A model generated the notes under the pieces. That model saw only the letters and a list, made by a program, of their open reading frames with translations, was not told where the DNA came from and searched no databases. Source: Megasphaera elsdenii DSM 20460 (lineage in GTDB: Bacteria > Bacillota > Negativicutes > Veillonellales > Megasphaeraceae). From it: a DNA stretch of 32,000 nt. Positions 23,919-32,000 of the stretch are shown here, in pieces. The position numbers and the translations under genes are program-made. The stretch covers positions 2,220,001 to 2,252,000 of the forward strand of contig NZ_CP027570.1 of the NCBI RefSeq assembly GCF_003010495.1, given 5' to 3'. Each line of letters starts with the position of its first letter. The stretch's first letter is position 1.

Positions 23919-26306
23919 ATGTGTACGGAGAGGCAGGTGACGGAGGTGGAGAAACTGGGCAGGCTGGTGTGTCTTTGCTGTCTCTTTTGGCTCTTGGCAT
24001 TTACCGTAGTCCCTGGGGCGGTCCTTTTGTATGATCACGACCATGGCCAGGCTTATGGCCGGACCTTGACGGAACTGGCAGGGGAAGAGGTGCAGGGCCA
24101 GCCTTCGTCCCAGCTGCTGCGCCGGTTGTCTGAAGAGGATGTCCTGGCCATCGAGGCCTACGACGTCCAGGCCGCGGTCTTACAGCAGAATCGCCGTATT
24201 CCTTATTATTGGTATCCTCACTATACGGCGACGGTCGTCCTGGCCGTAGCCGATACCTGTCCTTTTCCTATCACAGGCTGGCAGAGCCTGGCAGCGGCAC
24301 CAGTGTCATTGGCGCTGACGGCCGATGAACCAGAGTCTCTCTTTTTCATGCAAGCCATGAGCTATGGCCTGGACGGGAATCTGTCTGGCCAAGCCGGGAT
24401 GGACCTGCTGCAGCGCATCCAGGAACAAGGGCGTTTGCAGATGGCAGAAGGACCGCAGCATTTATCGGCCCAGGTATGGATCCTCTTCGATTACCAAGCC
24501 CGGCAGTGGCAGCACCGGGGAGCGCCTATTCATCTTGTCGTCCCTGTTGAAGGGACCTTATCGTTTCAGAAAGGCTTGCTAGCTAAACGCCCACTGGCTT
24601 TGGATGACTATAAGTTATCGGAAATATTAATATCTCAAGGTTACACCTTGATTCCACCATCTCCAAGCCAATATGTTTCAGAAAACGAAACGCTTTTCCA
24701 AGAAGCTGACAAGATTTCCCGACAAATCGATTACCGACTTTCCAAGGTTTACCGGCTTACCAGCTTGACAGGTATCAACCACCTGACCTGGTATATGGCA
24801 GCGTTGTTCCTGGTCATCCTCTGGGGATGCCGCCTGCGGCGCCAGGTCCTGCAGCCGCCTGTCCGCCAGGCCTATCTCGGCGTCATCATCACTCTCTGTG
24901 CCTGGATATTGATCCGCTGTTTCAAATTGAGCTTTCCCGTTTTTTGGGCTGATGGGATTCGCTGGAGCTGGTATAGTTATTATCTCTTTTACGGGCTCCT
25001 CATTTCTCTATTGGTCTGGATTGGCTATGTCGCCTCTCACATCGGCCTGACCCGTCCTTGTCCGTCATGGCTGAAGGCCGTCTTCGTGGGGAATATGCTC
25101 CTGGCAGTTGCTGTCATGACCAATGATTTCCACCAATGGGCTTTTACCTTTTCGGCTGGTGTCATCGCAGCTGACAGCAACCACGGCTATGGTCCCTTAT
25201 ATTTTCTCTTGGCCTTCTCTTATGGAGCCGAGTTCTTAGCCGTCAACGGTGTCCTCTGTTATACATCCCTGCACCAGCGCGTAGGCCCGTCTTGGCGGCT
25301 GGTCCTGCCCCTGGCCTGTACCCTTGTGTATGGCGGCTATGTTATCGGCTACGCCTGGGGACTGCTAAATATCTTTCGTTCCGAATTGGTCCTGATGACG
25401 GTCATCTGTACCTTGGTCTGGCTGGAAATCGTCATTAAAGGGCGGTTCGTTCCGGCCAATGAAGGCTATGTCGAATTTTTCCGCCAGTCCAACCTAGCCA
25501 TGCAGCTCTATGACGATACAGGCCGCGTCTGCTATGCTTCGCATGACATAGCGCGCAAAGTACAGGCCGATTGGGAAGCCCAGTCCATGCCCATCCGCGG
25601 CGGCTGGGTCCGCTGGTATCGGGATATCCGCCCTTTGCGGGAAAAACAGGCCGCCCTGCGCCGTGTCAACCGGGCCCTGACCCGGTCATATGAACTGCGC
25701 TGCCGAGCGGGTGCCATCCGCCGCCAAGCCGTGGACCGTCAGGTCCGTCAGCGCATCTATAGGGAGTTGGAAGAAATCATTGCTCAGAAGCGCCCGGCTA
25801 TCGAAGAACGCCTGACCTATCTCAAGACGGCCCGCCCCGGTCCCGATACGGATGCCGTCGTCTGCCGGCTCCACGTTTTGGCCTGTTATCTGAAAAAGCG
25901 CTGTGTCCTCCTGCTGCGGGGACGGGAAGACGGGACCCTCGATGCCCGGGAATTGTTCCTGGCCCTGCAGGAATCGCAGCGGTACCTGGACCAGGCCGGC
26001 CTCCAGGGACGGGTCGGTTTCGACCTGTCAGGGAGACTGCTGGCGTCGGCAGCCCTGACCTTATATGATGTCTTTGAAGAGGTGGGGGAGGCGGCCCTGG
26101 CTCAACATGAATCGTATTGGCTCTGTCAGTTCCGAGAATCGGAGAAGGACTGGATCTTTTCCCTGGTCTTGGAACAAGCCGAAGGCCCAGACTGGCTGCC
26201 TGTGTGGCAAGGCCTGGCCGCTTATGACGTCGCCGTGGACTGTGACGATACAGGCTATGGCCGGCGGCTGACCGTCTGTGTGGGAAAGGAGGGGGACCAT
26301 GGTTAA
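23919..26306 (+). CDS. Sensor histidine-kinase paralog with degenerate catalytic motifs (pseudo-kinase): large extracytoplasmic domain plus about 7 TM helices
   Basis: 795 aa. TM1 at about aa 15-37, a ~250-aa exported domain, then a multi-TM block at about aa 287-510. The cytoplasmic part is collinear with the downstream kinase, but the H-box reads RIYRELEEIIAQ (EE where HisKA_3 has HD), the N-box reads EEVGEAALAQH (Ala for Asn) and the G-box reads EQAEG instead of DDGQG. The start could be a few codons later. Confidence 0.6.
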   Translation: MCTERQVTEVEKLGRLVCLCCLFWLLAFTVVPGAVLLYDHDHGQAYGRTLTELAGEEVQGQPSSQLLRRLSEEDVLAIEAYDVQAAVLQQNRRIPYYWYPHYTATVVLAVADTCPFPITGWQSLAAAPVSLALTADEPESLFFMQAMSYGLDGNLSGQAGMDLLQRIQEQGRLQMAEGPQHLSAQVWILFDYQARQWQHRGAPIHLVVPVEGTLSFQKGLLAKRPLALDDYKLSEILISQGYTLIPPSPSQYVSENETLFQEADKISRQIDYRLSKVYRLTSLTGINHLTWYMAALFLVILWGCRLRRQVLQPPVRQAYLGVIITLCAWILIRCFKLSFPVFWADGIRWSWYSYYLFYGLLISLLVWIGYVASHIGLTRPCPSWLKAVFVGNMLLAVAVMTNDFHQWAFTFSAGVIAADSNHGYGPLYFLLAFSYGAEFLAVNGVLCYTSLHQRVGPSWRLVLPLACTLVYGGYVIGYAWGLLNIFRSELVLMTVICTLVWLEIVIKGRFVPANEGYVEFFRQSNLAMQLYDDTGRVCYASHDIARKVQADWEAQSMPIRGGWVRWYRDIRPLREKQAALRRVNRALTRSYELRCRAGAIRRQAVDRQVRQRIYRELEEIIAQKRPAIEERLTYLKTARPGPDTDAVVCRLHVLACYLKKRCVLLLRGREDGTLDARELFLALQESQRYLDQAGLQGRVGFDLSGRLLASAALTLYDVFEEVGEAALAQHESYWLCQFRESEKDWIFSLVLEQAEGPDWLPVWQGLAAYDVAVDCDDTGYGRRLTVCVGKEGDHG

Positions 26307-27738
26307 TCTCTATACCTTGCCGACGTATGTCGTCGTCCTGTTCATCGGTGTGATTCTCTGTCTTTTCCTAGCTAACAGCGTCCTCTATTATTACCTCATG
26401 CCGCAGGCCCAGTTTCGCCAGCTCGGCCGCAAATGCTTGGAAGGGAGCAGCTTGCTCCTGCTTATGGCGGTGGCGACTATTTTGTATGAAGTCTACACGG
26501 ACAGCCTGAATGGTATCGTCTACGACGAAGCGACGGATTTCTGGCGCTACAGCACCGCCTTGGCCGGGACGGCAGGTGCTGTGTACTGGATCCATGACCG
26601 TCAGGCAGGCAGCCTCTGGGTTCTGGCAGCGTCTATCCTGTTGCTGCCCGTTTTCGATGACTGGCTGCCAGGCTCTTTGGTCCTGGCCCTGGTTTGTCTG
26701 GCCTGGCGCCTGATCCGCATCTTTCCACGGACTTACAACCAGTATCAGCAACGTCTGACGGCCCGCTCCATCCAGACGGCCGTAGACTGCCTTGATGAAG
26801 GAATCCTCATCAGCTGGGAAAAGGGCGAGCCTGTGCTGGTCAACTTTACCATGTATGCCGTCATGGAACAGCTCGTCGGCACAGTCGTCCGCAATGCCAA
26901 CATCTTCTGGCATCTCCTGCCCTTTTGTGGCAATCGCCCCGGCCTTTCTATGGAACGCCAGGGCCGGGATCTGCTCTTTCGTTGGGATTCTGGCCAGGCC
27001 TGGCTCTTGCAGCGGCGCCCTATCCGCTTCCGCCGCCAGTCGGGCTGGCAGATTACGGCAGCCAATGTGACGGCCCTTCATCGCTTGAACCGGGAACTGG
27101 CCCAGAAGAACGCTGTCCTGGAACAGCGCAATGAAGAAATGAAAGACGTCCTCGACGGCCTCGTAGCCCTTCAGACCCGGCAGACGACGGAGAGCCTCCG
27201 CTATAAGATACACGACCTCCTGGGTCAGCGCATCACTATCTTGCAGCAGCTCCTGAATAACCCGAATGTCAGCGATTACGGCGAAATCCTGCCGCTCGTC
27301 GAAGATGTCCTGTCCGATTTGCGGCGTGATGCCGTGGCCAATCCGCAAGAACGGTTAGATGCCTTGGTGACGACGTACCGCAACTTGGGCATCGCCGTGA
27401 CGGTAGAAGGGATGTTGCCTGCCGATACCCGGCGGGCCGGGGAGTTCGTGCGCATCATCCGCGAGGCCATGACCAACGCCTTGCTCCACGGCCAGGCCCG
27501 GTCGATTGCCGTGACCTTCGGTACCGGCCGGCAGCCTGCTTTAGTCATTGCCGACGACGGCCAGGGCTGTCCGGGCCCCATCCAGACCGGTACGGGCCTG
27601 CAGGCTATGGAGCAGCGGGTACGGGCGTTAGGCGGCCGTCTGACGCTGACCAAGACACCGCACTTTATCATTACTGTAGAAATGGGGGAGAACCATGATC
27701 CGACTGATCATCGTAGACGACCAAAAAATCTTGCTTGA
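26299..27738 (+). CDS. Sensor histidine kinase, HisKA_3/NarX-DegS type, about 5 TM helices, no large external domain
   Basis: GGAAAGGAGGGGG RBS before ATG 26299. H-box LRYKIHDLLGQRITIL (His codon at 27211-27213), N-box IREAMTNALLHG, G1 IADDGQG, G2 GTGLQAMEQRV. The start overlaps the upstream stop (ATGGTTAA). Confidence 0.85.
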   Translation: MVNLYTLPTYVVVLFIGVILCLFLANSVLYYYLMPQAQFRQLGRKCLEGSSLLLLMAVATILYEVYTDSLNGIVYDEATDFWRYSTALAGTAGAVYWIHDRQAGSLWVLAASILLLPVFDDWLPGSLVLALVCLAWRLIRIFPRTYNQYQQRLTARSIQTAVDCLDEGILISWEKGEPVLVNFTMYAVMEQLVGTVVRNANIFWHLLPFCGNRPGLSMERQGRDLLFRWDSGQAWLLQRRPIRFRRQSGWQITAANVTALHRLNRELAQKNAVLEQRNEEMKDVLDGLVALQTRQTTESLRYKIHDLLGQRITILQQLLNNPNVSDYGEILPLVEDVLSDLRRDAVANPQERLDALVTTYRNLGIAVTVEGMLPADTRRAGEFVRIIREAMTNALLHGQARSIAVTFGTGRQPALVIADDGQGCPGPIQTGTGLQAMEQRVRALGGRLTLTKTPHFIITVEMGENHDPTDHRRRPKNLA

Positions 27739-28318
27739 AGGATTGAAGAAAATATTTGAAGGCCAGCGGCATATTGAAGTCGTCAGTACCCTGTCTTTTT
27801 CGGAACTCGTCGAACCGGCTTGCAACCGGTTCCGGCCCGACGCCATCCTCCTGGATATCTGCATGGAAGGGAAGAACAGCGGCATCGCCCTGACGCGGTG
27901 CCTGAAAAAGAAATACCCCGGCCAGAAGGTTATCATCATGACCGGGTTCCAGGATGTAAGCTTTATTGAAATGGCCCGCGACGCTGGGGCAGACAGCTTC
28001 ATCTACAAAGAGAGTGCCGCCCGTGATTTCATCGACTGCCTGGAGCGGACTTTGGCCGGGGAGCACCTGTTCCCGGATGTACGGGAAAAAGTGACCTTTG
28101 GGGCCTGCCATATCAGCCTGACGGACCGGGAGCTGGATATCCTGCGTCTGGTCTGTCAGAACCTGTCGTATCAGGAAATCGCTGATGAACTGCAGATCAG
28201 CAAGCGGACGGTCAGCTTCCACATCAGCAATATGCTCAGCAAGACGGGCCACAAAAGCCTGATCGGCCTGGCAGTTGAAGCCGCCGATAAGGGCTATGCC
28301 CCGTCCCGTCAGAAGTAA
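27695..28318 (+). CDS. Response regulator, NarL/FixJ (LuxR-type HTH) family
   Basis: Receiver MIRLIIVDDQ...DAILLDICM...IIMTG. LuxR HTH LTDRELDILRLVCQNLSYQEIADELQISKRTVSFHISNMLSKTG. GGGGGAG RBS. Overlaps the kinase 3' end by 44 nt. Confidence 0.9.
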   Translation: MIRLIIVDDQKILLEGLKKIFEGQRHIEVVSTLSFSELVEPACNRFRPDAILLDICMEGKNSGIALTRCLKKKYPGQKVIIMTGFQDVSFIEMARDAGADSFIYKESAARDFIDCLERTLAGEHLFPDVREKVTFGACHISLTDRELDILRLVCQNLSYQEIADELQISKRTVSFHISNMLSKTGHKSLIGLAVEAADKGYAPSRQK

Positions 28319-29454
28319 GCCGTCAGGCTCGTGCCGATGACCGTTTCCCGGAAGTCTCCCGTCCAGACCGTGTCGTGACGGTTCTTCAGGGAAAAGCCTT
28401 CGATGGCCCAGTCCAGGCCTGGACAGACGATGTAATCCAGACGGGCGCCCCAGCCGCGAAAGTCCATGCGGCGGAAGAAGGTCGTATCGCCGTCCATGGT
28501 ATGGTAGAGGATAGACGCCGACGGCTGGTCGTAATAGCGTATCCAGGCTTCATACGAACCTTTTTGCCGCTCGTCGAGATGACCATAGGTCAGGGCGGCG
28601 ACGAAGCCTGAATCGGTCGTATCATAGCCATCGGCGCCGTGACGGCCCCAGGCTTGGAGCAGGTCCAGGCTGGCTGTGAGTTTCGGCGTCAGCTCATACA
28701 TCAGGCGCCATTCGGCGATGCGCTGCCGGTCAAAGCCCGTGCCGGCCCGGCTCGGCCCTGACGGCGGCAGGGACTGGATGCGGTGGAAATCGAGATAGGC
28801 TGCGTCGCTTTTCAGCCGGCCGTACTGGCTGCTGTGGAGCAGGCTCCAACCCCGCTGGCGATGCCTGTCGTCAGCGCCCGTCGTGCGGCCGGCAAAGAAG
28901 GTCAGGCTGCCCAGATTGTCATTCCGCTGGCCCAGGCGCAGGCGCAAGCCGTCGACTTTTTTGTCGATGACGTTGCCGTCCAGGAGATAGTAGTTGAACC
29001 GGCCCGCTTCGACTTTGAGCCGGTCTTGTTCGTGCTGTACGTAGAGGCGGCCGAGATATAAGTGATGGTTGGCGTTAGGCTCTTTATCGTTGCGCAGGTC
29101 TTCGAGCTGCGTGCGCAGCGACGTCCCTTCGTCAAAGTGGACGAAGGGGAAGAGGCGCAGGCGGCGCGTCGCCAGGTAGACCCGTTCATCATGGCGGCGG
29201 ACCTTATTGGGCGCAGGAAAACTATCGGCACGGAACTGGCCCCGTCCCCAGAGCCAGCGGTAGTCGCCGTGGATTTCGATATAGGGATACGTGCTTTTTT
29301 CCGTAACCGGGATTTCCTGCTCCTCCAAGGGCGCCGTCTCTTCCACAGGCCTTTCCGGGGCGGCTGGCGATAACGCCGACAGGCCGAGGGGGATGAGTAC
29401 GGCCGCGGTCAGGCAGGCGGCTGTTTTCCATAGCTGAAAAGCGTTCTTTTTCAT
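28309..29454 (-). CDS. Outer-membrane beta-barrel protein (putative porin), family not recognised
   Basis: Signal peptide MKKNAFQLWKTAACLTAAVLIPLGLSALSPA. Alternating amphipathic strands. Terminal aromatic beta-signal ...IGTSLTAYF. The only convincing minus-strand gene. Overlaps the regulator 3' end by 10 nt. Confidence 0.7.
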   Translation of the reverse strand: MKKNAFQLWKTAACLTAAVLIPLGLSALSPAAPERPVEETAPLEEQEIPVTEKSTYPYIEIHGDYRWLWGRGQFRADSFPAPNKVRRHDERVYLATRRLRLFPFVHFDEGTSLRTQLEDLRNDKEPNANHHLYLGRLYVQHEQDRLKVEAGRFNYYLLDGNVIDKKVDGLRLRLGQRNDNLGSLTFFAGRTTGADDRHRQRGWSLLHSSQYGRLKSDAAYLDFHRIQSLPPSGPSRAGTGFDRQRIAEWRLMYELTPKLTASLDLLQAWGRHGADGYDTTDSGFVAALTYGHLDERQKGSYEAWIRYYDQPSASILYHTMDGDTTFFRRMDFRGWGARLDYIVCPGLDWAIEGFSLKNRHDTVWTGDFRETVIGTSLTAYF

Positions 29455-29598
29455 GGATGCATCCTTTCACACTATACGTTTTTTATAAGTATACCATGCC
29501 CAAAAGGCCCATGTATACCGGGATAGTTTACAAAATCACTGCTTCGGCGTGACCCACCGCACGGGGCTCATCCATAAATTCAAGGGGCAGGCCTAATC

Positions 29599-29627
29599 TT
29601 GCCTTATTCATGAAAAAAGTATATAAT
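29599..29627 (+). promoter_or_regulatory. Putative promoter TTGCCT-17-TATAAT
   Basis: TTGCCT at 29599-29604 and TATAAT at 29622-29627, upstream of the small ORF at 29681. Confidence 0.5.
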
Positions 29628-29680
29628 TAAAGTTGATGTAATGAATTTTTTGTATATCGATAGGGGAGATGTGTTTGTTC

Positions 29681-29929
29681 ATGAATAAAACGATCGTTAC
29701 GTCTATTTTTGTCGTATTGGCCTTGTTATTATCGACGACGTGGGACTTGCTGGCTGTCAAAATCTTGCTGACAGGCTGTCTCATGGGCTGGCTGGCCCGG
29801 ACGATTGTCGCCAATTTTCAAGCCAATGCCAAAAAAGCCGCTGCCCGGAAGAAACGGGTACGCCGTCCGCGCGCGGCCCAGCACAGCCAGGCCGGTCCGA
29901 CGAGCCAGGCCAGTGTATCCGGCCATTGA
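29681..29929 (+). CDS. Small membrane protein with an Arg/Lys-rich tail (hypothetical)
   Basis: GGGGAG lies 12 nt before ATG 29681. Two hydrophobic helices (IVTSIFVVLALLLSTTW, ILLTGCLMGWLARTIV), then AKKAAARKKRVRRPRAA. It is bracketed by a promoter and a terminator. Confidence 0.5.
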   Translation: MNKTIVTSIFVVLALLLSTTWDLLAVKILLTGCLMGWLARTIVANFQANAKKAAARKKRVRRPRAAQHSQAGPTSQASVSGH

Positions 29930-29992
29930 TGAGTAAAAAAATTAAAATCCATAAAATATAAATCATTGTCATAAAGGCATATAAGATGTTAA

Positions 29993-30030
29993 AGAGGTTA
30001 AACAGAATCATAACGTTTAATCTCTTTTTT
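29993..30030 (+). terminator. Rho-independent terminator
   Basis: AGAGGTTAAAC (29993-30003) pairs with GTTTAATCTCT (30015-30025, one G:U), followed by a T-run to 30030. Confidence 0.7.
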
Positions 30031-30078
30031 ATACTTAAAAAATATAAGTAAAACGCCGACGATGACTTAATAGTATAT

Positions 30079-30107
30079 TTGACAGGCCATTTTAATCGTG
30101 ATATACC
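30079..30107 (+). promoter_or_regulatory. Putative cstA promoter TTGACA-17-TATACC with TG extension
   Basis: TTGACA at 30079-30084 and TGATATACC at 30099-30107. Implies a 5' leader of about 115 nt. Confidence 0.5.
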
Positions 30108-30230
30108 TACAGGTACAGAGGCGAGCGAAAAAATCATAGCAGAGCTTTTTGTTATTCATTTACTGCATTTATTGTATCCTGCGTACCTTCGCGCATCCTC
30201 TGCAGCATATTTTTTGTAGGAGGTATTCAT

Positions 30231-31928
30231 ATGAATGGTGTTGTTTTAGTCACCTGTGCTATCGTCATCTTGGCGGTAGCCTATCGGTTCTACGGCAAGT
30301 GGCTGGCCAAGACGTGGGGCATCGATCCCAACGCCCTGACGCCGGCTCATCGCCTGGAAGACGGTCAGGATTATACGCCGTCTTCGAAATTCACGGTTTT
30401 TGCCAATCAGTTCTCGTCCATTACCGGTGCCGGCCCTGTCACGGGTCCGATCATCGCCGCTGCGTACGGCTGGCTGCCGGCCTTCTTATGGCTTATGATC
30501 GGCGGCGTCTTCTTCGGCGCTGTCCAGGACTTTGCCGCTCTCTATGCGTCCATGAAGAATGACGGCAAATCTATGGGCGTCCTCATCGAAAAGTATATCG
30601 GCACGACGGGCCGCCGCCTGTTCCTGCTCTTCTGCTGGGTCTTCAGCCTGCTGGTCATCGCCGCTTTCGGCGATATCGTCGCTACGACGTTCAACGGCTT
30701 CGCCAAGGATGGTTCCATGGTCCTGCCCAATGCCGCTGCCGCTTCCATTTCCATGTTGTTCATCTTCGTCGCCATCGCTTTTGGCCTGTTCATCAAGAAG
30801 TTCAACCCCAGCGAAAAAGTCCGCTTCGTCATTGCTATCGTCCTCTTGATCGCCATGCTCTACGTCGGCATCGACCTGCCGATTTATCTGGACCGCATGA
30901 CCTGGCTGTACATCATCTTCGCTTACATCTTCTTTGCGTCCATCATGCCCATGTGGCTCTTGAAACAGCCGCGTGACTATATCAGCGCCTTCCTGCTGCT
31001 CATGATGATCGCCGGCGGTGTCATCGGCATCTTCATCGCTCAGCCGACGCTGAACATGCCGGCCTTCACGTCCTTCTCTGTCGGCGGCAAGGATTTGTTC
31101 CCGATCCTGTTCATCACCATCGCCTGCGGGGCTGTTTCCGGGTTCCACAGCCTCGTTTCGTCCGGTACGTCGTCGAAGACGCTGGATAAGGAACAGGATG
31201 CCGTCTTCGTCGGCTATGGTTCCATGTGCGTCGAATCGGTCTTAGGCGTCGTATCCCTGGTCATCGCCTGCGCCGCCGCTTCCAACGGCCACGTCGCTTC
31301 GGGTACGCCCTTCCAGATTTTCTCCGGCGCTGTCGCCGGCTTCTTCACCATGTTCGGCCTGTCCCAGACCGCCGCTGCCTGCATCATGACCATGTGCGTT
31401 TCCGCCCTGGCCCTGACGACCCTCGATGCCGTCGGCCGTATCGGCCGTATGTCCTTCCAGGAACTCTTCAGCGTCGATGAAGGACAGGAAATGACGACAA
31501 TCCAGAAAATCTGCGTCAACAAATATTTCGCCACGGTCATCACGCTCTTCTTCGGCTTCCTGCTCTGCCTCGGCGGCTACATGAACATCTGGCCGCTCTT
31601 CGGCTCGGCCAACCAGCTGCTCTCGGCCATGGTCCTCATCTGCCTGACGGTCTTCCTCAAGACGACAGGCCGCAAGAGCTTCATGCTCTACGTCCCGATG
31701 GTCGTCATGTTCTGCGTCACCATGACGGCTCTCGTCGAATCGGCTTACGCCCTGATCATTAAGATCGCTTCGGGCAACTGGTCGCTCCTCATCGAAGGCC
31801 TGCAGTTCGTCCTGGCCATTGCTCTCATGGTCCTGGCTGTCTCCATCGTCTACCACTGCGGCAAAGAACTCATCCACGCCGACGATAAGACGGCACACCA
31901 AGACGCCCAGCCGACGGCTACGCATTGA
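30231..31928 (+). CDS. cstA: Carbon starvation protein A family transporter (peptide/pyruvate uptake)
   Basis: 565 aa polytopic protein. N-terminus YRFYGKWLAK...LTPAH...DGQDYTPS, FANQFSSITGAGPVTGPI. RBS TAGGAGG. Confidence 0.9.
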   Translation: MNGVVLVTCAIVILAVAYRFYGKWLAKTWGIDPNALTPAHRLEDGQDYTPSSKFTVFANQFSSITGAGPVTGPIIAAAYGWLPAFLWLMIGGVFFGAVQDFAALYASMKNDGKSMGVLIEKYIGTTGRRLFLLFCWVFSLLVIAAFGDIVATTFNGFAKDGSMVLPNAAAASISMLFIFVAIAFGLFIKKFNPSEKVRFVIAIVLLIAMLYVGIDLPIYLDRMTWLYIIFAYIFFASIMPMWLLKQPRDYISAFLLLMMIAGGVIGIFIAQPTLNMPAFTSFSVGGKDLFPILFITIACGAVSGFHSLVSSGTSSKTLDKEQDAVFVGYGSMCVESVLGVVSLVIACAAASNGHVASGTPFQIFSGAVAGFFTMFGLSQTAAACIMTMCVSALALTTLDAVGRIGRMSFQELFSVDEGQEMTTIQKICVNKYFATVITLFFGFLLCLGGYMNIWPLFGSANQLLSAMVLICLTVFLKTTGRKSFMLYVPMVVMFCVTMTALVESAYALIIKIASGNWSLLIEGLQFVLAIALMVLAVSIVYHCGKELIHADDKTAHQDAQPTATH

Positions 31929-31934
31929 GAGTGT

Positions 31935-32000
31935 CAGCAGCTAGCAGTTAGCAGTTCGTAGGGGACGCCCAAAGGGCGTCCCGCAGAGTGCAGTTAGCTA
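31935..32000 (+). repeat. REP-like unit: GC-rich 9-bp hairpin flanked by GCAGTTAGC direct repeats and an AGCAGTT tandem; cut by the window end
   Basis: AGCAGTT AGCAGTT at 31943-31956. GGGACGCCC-AAA-GGGCGTCCC at 31962-31982. GCAGTTAGC at 31944-31952 and again at 31990-31998. No T-run follows the hairpin. Confidence 0.5.

Noticed and set aside
29781-30562. ORF 29781-30137 (-) in the AT-rich spacer and ORF 30149-30562 (+) overlapping the cstA start.
   Set aside because: The first runs through promoter and terminator sequence and encodes an Ile/Leu/Phe-rich product typical of AT-rich noise. The second is out of frame with the well-supported cstA CDS and has no RBS.

Overview
The window looks like chromosomal DNA from a diderm Firmicute. 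My guess is Negativicutes, possibly Megasphaera-like. This is inferred from the G+C-rich core, AGGAGG-type RBSs, an LPS-type GT8 gene, an outer-membrane beta-barrel gene and a trimeric autotransporter with a C-terminal SLH domain. All real genes except one are on the + strand. Left to right: (1) 1-5.3 kb is an AT-rich surface-glycan locus. It holds a GT8 gene cut by the window edge, ugd, a decayed UDP-glucuronate 4-epimerase gene and an LtaS/sulfatase-family membrane transferase. (2) ogt. (3) A tightly packed hslO-mtnP-mtnA-ahcY-mtaD operon for SAM by-product recycling. (4) Two exported proteins of unknown function and an exported M48 metallopeptidase. (5) A three-gene membrane module resembling B. 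subtilis ydjI/ydjG/ydjH (SPFH, zinc-ribbon and TPM proteins) with no pspA. (6) A small exported protein, a UshA-type 5'-nucleotidase and a lipoprotein. (7) A 783-aa trimeric autotransporter adhesin with an SLH domain after the YadA anchor. (8) A catalytically degenerate histidine-kinase paralog translationally coupled to an intact HisKA_3 kinase and a NarL/LuxR response regulator, with a convergent outer-membrane barrel gene. (9) A small basic-tailed membrane protein and cstA. I saw no rRNA, tRNA, CRISPR, transposase, integrase or phage genes. The leads I rate highest are the pseudo-kinase/kinase/regulator module, an identical 23-nt 7-2-7 palindrome at the promoters of two exported-protein loci, the ydjIGH-like module with a four-fold zinc-ribbon array, the deamination-linked SAM recycling cluster, and heptanucleotide-periodic tracts in three 3' UTRs. 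All functional calls rest on motif recognition by eye. No database search was run.
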